Shown: in pieces, positions 54,875 to 64,000 of the stretch
Layout of the letters: each line of letters starts with the position of its first letter
Numbering within the stretch: position 1 is the stretch's first letter
Source of the DNA: Octopus vulgaris
Taxonomy: Eukaryota
Direction of reading: 5' to 3'
NCBI GenBank assembly: GCA_951406725.2
Contig: OX597816.1
Coordinates: forward strand, 173,042,001 to 173,106,000
Length of the DNA stretch: 64,000 nucleotides
The notes under the pieces: generated by a model
Seen by the model: only the letters and a program-made list of their open reading frames with translations
Databases searched by the model: none
Told to the model about the DNA's origin: nothing
Program-made: the position numbers and the translations under genes

Positions 54875-55040
54875 CACTGCTTGACAACCGGTGCTGGTCT
54901 ATTTGCGTCCCGGTAACATAACTGTATGGCAAAAGAGACCGACAGAATAAGTACCAAGCCTTAAAAAGTACTAGGGTTGATTCGTTCGACTAAAACTCTT
55001 CAAGGCGATACCCCAGCTTGGCCGCAGTTCAGTGACTGAA
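54875..55040 (+). mobile_element. Old S1-related 3' fragment
   Basis: gcttgacaaccggtgctgg...ggcaaaagagaccgacagaataagtac. Confidence 0.65.
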
Positions 55041-55697
55041 AAAAATGTAAAAGATAAAAGTACATGCAATCTCCACTCTTGGAAACGTATATCTGCACAA
55101 TGCTATTTTTTTTAAATGCATTTAATGAGTCTTGAGGTAACAGAATCCGAAGAATGGGACATAATCCGCTACTTCTCAAAAAAGAAAAAATCTTTCTAAG
55201 ATCTTATATCAACTAACATAATCGTAATCTACATACTCGAAAATATAAATCTGCAAAATTTCGTTACAATCTAGGGATTTTTGTTTTTCAGAAGGTTATA
55301 CGGAAACAAAACTGGAGTCACCAAACTTTCATTATGCCAACGTTTTTTGAGATGTACAGAGCAACATTACGATTTATTATATTTTTATGTTAAAATGCGG
55401 AAAGTTTTTAGTTAACAAATTTATCAATGGTTTCCGCCATTGTTTGAAGAAATGAGCGATTTTCCATCATTAATAGAACTACCGTCATTTTTAACACGTG
55501 AGAATGAAATCACACACACACACACACACCTAGATATACATCAAAGCAGAAGAGTGGAATTATTTATTCATAATTACACGTGTTTCATTTGCCAATAAGA
55601 GTCACAAAATTGTACATGCAGATGAGACATGTAAGATATCTCCTACAAGAAATTCTTCAGATAGAGAATCGAATGGTATAATTTGATTCCATGAAGA

Positions 55698-56120
55698 GGC
55701 GCAGGAGTGGCTGTGTGGTAAGTAGCTTGCTAACCAACCACATGGTTCCGGGTTCAGTCCCACTGCGTGGCATCTTGGGCAAGTGTCTTCTGCTATAGCC
55801 CCGGGCCGACCAATGCCTTGTGAGTGGATTTGGTAGACGGAAACTGAAAGAAGCCTGTCATATATAAGTGTATATATATGTATGTGTGTTTGTTTGTGTG
55901 TCTGTGTTTGTCCCCCTAGCATTGCTTGACAACCGATGCTGGTGTGTTTATGTCCCCGTTACTTAGCGGTTCGGCAAAAGAGACCGATAGAATAAGTACT
56001 GGGCTTACAAAAAAGAATAAGTCCCGGGGTCGAGTCGCTCGACTAAAGGCGGTGCTCCAGCATGGCCGCAGTCAAAGGACTGAAACAAGTAAAAGAGTAA
56101 AAGAGTAAGAGTAAAGAGAG
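55698..56120 (+). mobile_element. SINE S1, full length
   Basis: GGCGCAGGAGTGGCTGTGTGG head through (AAAAGAGT)n tail. Confidence 0.92.
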
Positions 56121-56385
56121 TTTCTGATTGGTGACATCTTACATGTACACTTTTGTGTAAATCCTATTAGTAAATGAAACACGTGTAACGGTGAACAAAT
56201 AATACAAAAGATCATTTCAAATCTCTTGTCTTCATATGTAATAAATCTGCAAATATTTTTCAGAATTTTCAATTCTTAGGTATGCCTCACACAATCTCAA
56301 CTCCAACAGGTAATACTGGAGTGTGCAGATGTGCTTCACGAGGATACCGCTTGGGTTACAACACTCCATAATGCATGTATGTTTC

Positions 56386-56502
<117 letters not shown>

Positions 56503-56571
56503 CATATAAATATACGCACATATATACACACACATATATACGCACATATACGCACATATATACACACACAT

Positions 56572-56621
<50 letters not shown>

Positions 56622-56716
56622 TATAATAATAATTATTATTATTATTATTTGAGGGAATATTATTCCTAACTTACAGGGAAAAATTCAATTTAGAAATACT
56701 AAATCAAATTTCACAA

Positions 56717-56778
<62 letters not shown>

Positions 56779-56783
56779 TAGAC

Positions 56784-57120
56784 AAAACCACATTTTATCA
56801 ATTCAAAATGAACAATCAAATTACACCATCTAGAAAATTACATATAATAGAAATATTAAAGATAAAATAACAATAAGATACCGATGATTAAGTAAATTGC
56901 AAAATAATAATAAAAATGTAATAATAAAAATATTACATTTTTATAATATTATATTATATATAACAATATTCTACCAAATATATACATTTTTATTATTATT
57001 TTGCAATTTACTTAATCATCGGTATATTATTGTTATTTTTTTTAAATATTTCTATTATATGCAATTTTTGTAGATGGTGTAATTTAATTGTTCATTTTGA
57101 ATTGATAAAAGGTGTTTTTT
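56784..57120. repeat. Long AT-rich fold-back palindrome within (TA)n
   Basis: About 135 bp inverted arms; related single arm at 39250-39408. Confidence 0.8.
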
Positions 57121-57193
57121 CTCATTTTTATATATATATATTTATATATGTATATATGTATGTATATATATATATATATATGTGTGTATGTGT

Positions 57194-57232
<39 letters not shown>

Positions 57233-57238
57233 TTTGTA

Positions 57239-57308
<70 letters not shown>

Positions 57309-57713
57309 AATGCGTTTTTACCGCTTGGTTCGCTTTCAATGCCACTACATCCCGTCCGATTCGCTCCAAAATTTACAGGGACATGTAGAATGAGGTGACG
57401 ATGCGCGTGGGCTACCTTAGAAATCCCTATCTTAAAAGGTGTGGTTGCTAGGGGCCATCTTCCTACCTCACCCTATTTCCTCCAGTACTCTGTCACTCCT
57501 CTTCATAACTTTCAGAAGTCCACTACGGTTATTTAAAGTATCTGTCACTATCGCTATTTCCTTTCTTTTTCACTGACTCTGTTTCCTACCTTCCTATCAC
57601 TTCGGCGACGTTCTTTTAAGTATATGTCTGTCACCAACAAACAACACACGAGCATGAGAACAAATATTATGAATCAGATATTCTTGCGTTCATTTATATG
57701 TGTGTGTGTGTGT

Positions 57714-57885
57714 GTGTTCTATATATAAATATGTATATATAATGTATGTGTGTGTATGTGTGTTCTATATATAAATATGTATATATAATGTATGTGTGTG
57801 TATGTGTGTTCTATATATAAATATGTATATATAATGTATGTGTGTGTGTTCTATATATAAATATGTATATATAATGTATATATAC
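57714..57885. repeat. Minisatellite, ~44 bp unit x4
   Basis: gtgttctatatataaatatgtatatataatgtatgtgtgtgtat repeated. Confidence 0.85.
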
Positions 57886-58033
57886 AAAGTGTATATATCT
57901 GTATTTATGTATATTAAACTTTTTCATACTTTTTCATAGTTATATATATTTTTAAACAAATTATAAATATAATTTCATAATTTTTATTTTCAATTTAAAT
58001 AATTTAAAGTTTTCAATTTTATATTTTACTATA

Positions 58034-58495
58034 TAACTATATAAGCATTTTTAGTGAGTTATAGCAAAAAAAATAGCAAAAAATGCATTAAAGATGGAAT
58101 AAAAAATGATAGTAATTTCTTTTTTTAATCGTTGACTCATCGTAGACATTTTTAGAGAGTTACTTCCCTTATATAATAGCGAAAAATGCATTAAAATGGA
58201 ATAAAAAAATGATGGTAATTTTTTTTTTAATCGTTGACTCATCGTAGACATTTTTAGAGAGTTACTTCCCTTATATAATAGCGAAAAATGCATTAAAATG
58301 GAATAAAAAATGATGGTGGTTTTATTTTTAAAATCGTAGACTCATCGTAGACGCGCGCTAATACCCAGAAGGGATCGATATGAATCACAACTATATGATA
58401 CCCGGTTTTGGTTACACTGCACCGCAAAATGTGGGAGTAGTTAGGAATCTAAATCGTAGCAGACAGACACACAACCTTACTTTTATATATAAAGA
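58034..58495 (-). mobile_element. Helitron H1, 3'-truncated, triplicated internal block
   Basis: TC 5' end at 58495; ~103 bp block repeated; no CTAG end. Confidence 0.8.
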
Positions 58496-59011
58496 TTTGT
58501 GAAACAACTAAAACATTCGGTTGTGCAAATTGTTTGCACAGGAAACCTGCCCTGTGTGGCGGTTTTTGCCGTTTTTGTGGATCTGTTTCAGTTTTTTTAG
58601 CGATTTCTGTTTTGGCGACTTCAAGCCATGAAGTCGTTCTTCTAAAAGAACGCTGGTCTCCTTCACAACGCATTACGACGTTGATTTCCTTACACTCCCT
58701 TCCCCACAGCTTCACGAGGGAGGGAAGAAGGGGGAGAAGCAACACAGGTGCAGGCGTGAGCGTGGACGCCAACTCCGCCGCCATCGATACACGAAAAAAT
58801 ATGCATTAAAATGGAATAAAAAATGATGTTAAATTATTTTTAAAATCGTACACTCATCGTAGACGCGCGCTAATACCCAGACGGGCTCGATATGAATCAC
58901 GACTATAAGATACCCGAATTTGGTTAAACTGCACCGCAAAATTTGGGAGTAGTTAGGAATCTAAATCGAAGGGGACAGACACTCACACAACTACAGTTTT
59001 ATATATATAGA
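58496..59011 (-). mobile_element. Helitron H1 long-form 5' portion
   Basis: TC 5' end at 59011; carries the 21300-21510 segment plus about 100 bp more. Confidence 0.8.
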
Positions 59012-59152
59012 TATATTTTCTATGTTATATTTTCTTTTTTTATGTTTTTGTTTTTGGTTTTTCACTGTTTGATTTTCCTATTAGTGGTTTTATCTCTAAT
59101 TTAATTTATACAGATATATATCTCATTTGTATACATTTGTATATATAATGCG

Positions 59153-59198
<46 letters not shown>

Positions 59199-60029
59199 CA
59201 CACATATATATATATAATGTGTGCATTACGTAGTCTGTCGATTCACCTGAAAATATGCACACCTATGTTAAAGTTGCTGACAAGTTTGCATCACAACTAT
59301 TTTGTTCCTCAAATGAAAGGCGTCACCTCTAGGACAAAATTCCTCATCTTATAAAATGTGGCCCCAGTACACCCGAATGAAATCGGGTTATATTAACCAA
59401 AATGTGAAAAGGGGTCTAAATGGGGCTGGAAGGGGATTAAAATTTCAAAGAGCGGGTGTTTAGGAATTCTCTGTTGCATCAAGCTAAAAAATTTGCGCCA
59501 GCCTTTTAATCGTCAATGTGTTGCCGTCCATGATAAAGAAGTTTTGAATGCTTGCCATGGTGAGTCTACTGTCGTGAGAAAGAATCACTTCAAAACTTGG
59601 TGTTTACGAATTTTCTTTTACATCAAGTTCAAAATTTTACGCCAGCCGTTAAACTGTCACTACGTTGCTGTCCGTCGTTAACAAATGCCAGCCATGGTGA
59701 CTCTACTATCCTCAGATTCTATCCCTTCAAACTTTGGTTTCCAATATTTTGTTATTTTTATTCAGCTCGCAAGTTCGTCTGTCCCTTTTGAATGTTAGCG
59801 TTTTGCTGTCTGCCTTGAAGCAGACCTTTCCATTGCCACTGCCTCATATTTCTGATTGATCTTTCTAAATATTTTATTTCTCAACTTACTCAAGATCTTC
59901 TGTTGTTTATAAATGGGAGAGAGATAGATAAAGATAGAGAGTAAGAGAAAGCGAGGGAGAGTCAGAGAGAAAAGAAAAGTAAGAGAGTGGGAAAGTGAGA
60001 GAGAAAGGAGAGAGAAACAAATACGGAGA

Positions 60030-60338
60030 ATCATCATCATCATCATCGTTTAACGTCCGTTTTCCGTGCTAGCACGGGTTGGGCAGTGTGACCGGGTCTC
60101 GGAAGCCAGGAGGCTGCACCAGGCTCCAGTCTGATCTGGCAGTGTTTCTACAGGTGGATGACCTTCCTAACGCCAACCACACTGTGAGTGTAGTGAGTGC
60201 TTTTTTCGTGCCGCCGGCACTGGTGCCAGGGGGCTCGCAGTGGCAACGATCGGTTGGTGCTTTTTACGTGCCACCAGCACAGAAGCAAGTCAAGGCGGTG
60301 CTGCAATCGGCCACGTTCGGATGGTGCTTTTTACGTGC
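60030..60338 (-). mobile_element. Retroposon fragment with (ATG)n tail
   Basis: Minus strand ends ...ccaacccgtgctagcacggaaaacggacgttaaacgatgatgatg; absent from the equivalent site in H3 copy 2. Confidence 0.6.
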
Positions 60339-60759
60339 TGAAAGGAAGCAACAGAAAGTAACACCCACACTCTTACCCGCGCGTAGAGCGGGTCACCTTC
60401 AGCTAGTATATATATATATATAAAACGACCTCGAACCCACAAGAGTAAACAAGAGAGACAGAGACAGGCAGAAACAACGAAAATACCCCTTGTATTTGAA
60501 TACTTTGCAAGTATTCTTTTAAAAAACTTTTCATTTAATTTTTCCCAAATTTAATTGTTTTCCATATTTACAGTTGAAAAAGTCTCAATGACTTCGAAGT
60601 TGCACCTTTTTCATCTTTGACAGAGTATCTGATGAAAGTGAACAAATCACTGTCGATCTTTTTATCGGAAATTGCATACCTCTTCTCTCCCTCTCTCTCT
60701 CTCTCTCTCTCCATATATATACATACATACATATATACATACATACATACATACATACA

Positions 60760-60844
<85 letters not shown>

Positions 60845-61422
60845 AATTCTATAAATCTAAAATGAGAAAGTTTGTTTGTTTGTCTGGTTTTGGCATTGGA
60901 ACGGGTTAAAGGGCACTAGATCCCGTCAGATTGACTTCAAAATTTACAGGGACATGTAAGATGAGATGAGCATGTGAGTGTGGTAGGTTAGAAATCCCTA
61001 TCTTAAAAGGTGTGGTTACTAGGGTAAAAAACATACACTTTGACAAGTCTTCTCTCATTCTCTCATCTGCCTGTCTTCCTCCGTCTCTCTCTGTTTCCTC
61101 CCTTCCCATCACTTTCTCTCAATAACGACGTTTGACAGCTACTACTGTTTACCCCCGCCGCCTTCGCCAGTGCAGTCACTCTTTCTCTCACCGCCTCCTT
61201 CTCTCTCTCTTTCTCTTTCTCTCTTTCTCTCTCTCTCCCTCTCTCTCTCTGTACGTATGTCTGCATTCATAGAGAGTTTTATTATCGCCACCACCACAAC
61301 ACAATCATGAGAGCAAATATTATGAATCAGATATTTATTGGGTTAATTTATATATATGTGTGTGTGTGTCTGTATCTATATATAAATATGTATATATAAT
61401 GTATATATACAAAGTGTATATA

Positions 61423-61507
<85 letters not shown>

Positions 61508-61511
<4 letters not shown>

Positions 61512-62556
61512 CTTTGTGTTAATTGTCCTGTACTCCATTTTTTGTTGTTTTTTAAAAAAATGTCCAGTTCCTTTGGTTTGTGTCTATGTTTTCGTTTCTC
61601 TTTGTGTTCGACGTCCCTTTGGTGTCCTGTACTCATATATGCGTGTATATGTACATGCAGAGGTAGGTACGTACATATATGTTTATATATATGCATATGT
61701 TTTATTTCATTTATTAATATATTATATGACTAAACGCACGCACCCCCTTAAGTAAGATTGTTCTGTATATCAAGTTTTGGTCTTGATATTAACTCTGACG
61801 TGCACTCTTCACCTTTCTGTCCCATCCCTATTCTTTGATTTTCTTTTTCCTCTACTTAACTTGTCTCTTCCTCTCTCTCTCATTCTTCACTCTCTCTCTC
61901 CCCCTCACCATTCTTCATGGTTTCCTCGCAGCCATTCCCCTTCTTCTCTCCCTTCCTCTTGCTCCTCCTCCCCCTTCCCGTCGTCCACCCGCGACGATAC
62001 TTCCGCTCTGACTGTCTTTCTGGCCTGGCCTTTCAAGGTAACTGGACGACATTCTTCCTGCTCCCCTGTCGTTCACAAAAATTCTGCGTTTGCAATACTT
62101 TTTTCGTTCGGCGTCAACAGCCCTTCTTATCTTGTTTTTCCCTGTCCTGTCTTTTACTGTTTATATTTTTGTACTGTCGTTACTGTCCTGTTTTTTTACC
62201 ATTTTTTTACCATTTTTTACCCCTCTGCGAAAAGATCTCAGAATTTTAATTGATTTGCTTTTCGCAGGAAGGAAAGTTTCTTGTCGAAGATACGTCTCGC
62301 TTTTATCCTTCGAAACGTAGAGATGAAACCATAGCGACTGAAGAAGGGGTTTTTTCTTTGTGTTAATTGTCCTGCACTCCATTTTTTGTTGTTTTTAAAA
62401 AAATGTCCAGTTCCTTTGGTTTGTGTCTATGTTTTCGTTTCTCTTTGTGTTCGACGTCCCTTTGGTGTCCTGTACTCATATATGCGTGTATATGTACATG
62501 TAGAGGTAGGTACGTACATATATGTTTATATATATGCATATGTTTTATTTCATTTA

Positions 62557-62562
<6 letters not shown>
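61508..62562. repeat. ~210 bp direct repeats flanking a ~630 bp body
   Basis: 61508-61720 nearly identical to 62352-62562. Confidence 0.85.
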
Positions 62563-62618
<56 letters not shown>

Positions 62619-62621
<3 letters not shown>

Positions 62622-62843
62622 CTTTTACTCTTTTACTTGTTTCAGTCATTTGACTGCGGCCATGCTGGAGCACTGCCTTTAATCAAGTAACTCGACCCCG
62701 GGACTTATTCTTTTGTAAGCCCAGTACTTATTCTATCGGTCTCTTTTGCCGAACCGCTAAGTAACGGGGACATAAACACACCAGCATTGGTTGTCAAGCA
62801 ATGCTAGAGGGACAAACACAGACACACAAACACACACACACAA
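62619..62843 (-). mobile_element. SINE S1 3' half
   Basis: Match to S1 tail. Confidence 0.85.
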
Positions 62844-63539
62844 ATTGTATTTTTATGTAAAAAAAGGGGGTCTAAATGGGACTGGAAGGGGATTCAAATT
62901 TACAGGAGGGGGTAACTTGAGGGGTAAAATTGATTGGGAGACGTTTTGTGGTGCTACTGTGGTTGCTTTGGTGTGAAAACTGGGATTTTACTGATTTAGG
63001 GGGACACTTGGTGGTCTAGAGCGGACACCTTTTGCCCGATTTCTATCAAATTTTCAACATGGTAAAGTGGAAGCGGATTTGTAATTTAAACGTGGTGATC
63101 TAATTTTTTTATAAATGGCAGAGAGATAGATAGAGAAAGATAAAGAGTAAGAGAAAGTGAGGGAAAGTCCGAGAGAAAGGAAGAGGAAGAGAGTGGGAAA
63201 ATAAGAAAGGAGAGAGAAACAAAGAGGGAGAATGTGGAGATAAGAAACAGAAAGGAAGCAACAGAAAGTAACAACCACAACCTCACCCGCGCGTAGAGCG
63301 GGTCACCTTAAGCTAGTATATATATATATATATATTCTTTTATTCTTTTACTAGAATGACCTGTCATTTATTTATGTAAATTATATTTTAGATCCAATGA
63401 ATCAAAAGATATTGTAATGGATCATAGGATCTATGAAATTCATTGATTTTCTTTATAGTATTATCTTTATCAGTAAAAATTGTTTCTTTGTGGAATTCGT
63501 GTTACAACCATTAACAATTGAACATCGTTAGATACTCGG

Positions 63540-63820
63540 TCATTGTACCTTCGTGCATGCTGAGGAGCTGGTCTCTATCTGTCCAAATTGACAATTTAAG
63601 ATTAGATCTGTTAACCAAAGATGCCAGAGTTTTAATTTGTCTAATAAGCTCTCTATTTTCCTAAAGCATCTCTTAAATATCTCATGTGGTGTGTAACATT
63701 GTTGCAGGAAATCTGCATTCTGATATTAATTGGGTCATTTAAATCATCAATAAAATAATCGAGCATTTTTAGGAATATTTTCATCTGTATTATAGAATGA
63801 ACTGATTCTATCCCTTTATC
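63540..63820 (-). pseudogene. Possible Penelope-like RT N-terminal remnant
   Basis: Weak DKG..V....KMLDYFIDDL..Y pattern; heavily decayed. Confidence 0.3.
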
Positions 63821-64000
63821 CCTCTACTAGCTTCAGTCACTGGACTGTGATCATGCTGGAGCACCACCTTGATATGGTAAAATTGGTAAATATGCTAAAT
63901 ATGGTAAATTTGACTTTTTATTTTGAAAACTGACATGAATCCCAGTAGAGATATTGATTGATTCACCAACTCCAAAGAGTGTCATTGAAAACAATTCATT

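Larger units (their letters stand above)
57295..60406 (+). mobile_element. Large Helitron-like element H3, copy 1, with nested insertions
   Basis: 3' end acccgc-gcgtaga-gcgggt hairpin then CTAG|T; collinear blocks shared with 60842-63316; 5' end hidden in (TA)n. Confidence 0.6.
60842..63316 (+). mobile_element. Large Helitron-like element H3, copy 2, with nested insertions
   Basis: Same hairpin and CTAG|T terminus at 63285-63316; blocks collinear with copy 1. Confidence 0.6.

Noticed and set aside
57714-57885. Regularly spaced repeats suggesting a CRISPR array
   Set aside because: Tandem minisatellite without unique spacers in eukaryotic DNA; no cas genes
60623-60660. CTGATGA-aagtg...cact hammerhead-like start
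   Set aside because: GAAA and stem III are absent (reads gtcg); at best a decayed remnant

Overview
AT-rich, extremely repeat-dense animal genomic DNA; the repeat content resembles octopus (coleoid cephalopod), which is an inference. No intact host gene was found, and most ORF-track entries are translated microsatellites. The window contains non-autonomous Helitrons of three families, at least three tRNA-derived SINE families, two DD41D (rosa-type) Tc1/mariner copies, pogo/Tigger and mariner remnants, and L1/Tx1, RTE and R4/Dong LINE fragments. It also holds many Penelope-like element (PLE) remnants. The strongest unexplained signal is a set of type I hammerhead ribozyme motifs (CTGATGA...GAAA...TH with pairing stems). 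Three of them sit in the tail of a non-coding element built as tRNA-like Pol III head + (AAT)n + PLE-type hammerhead tail, which shows PLE-style inversions. This is a candidate Penelope-mobilised SINE or Pol III retrozyme. All calls were made by eye, and boundaries inside microsatellites are approximate.
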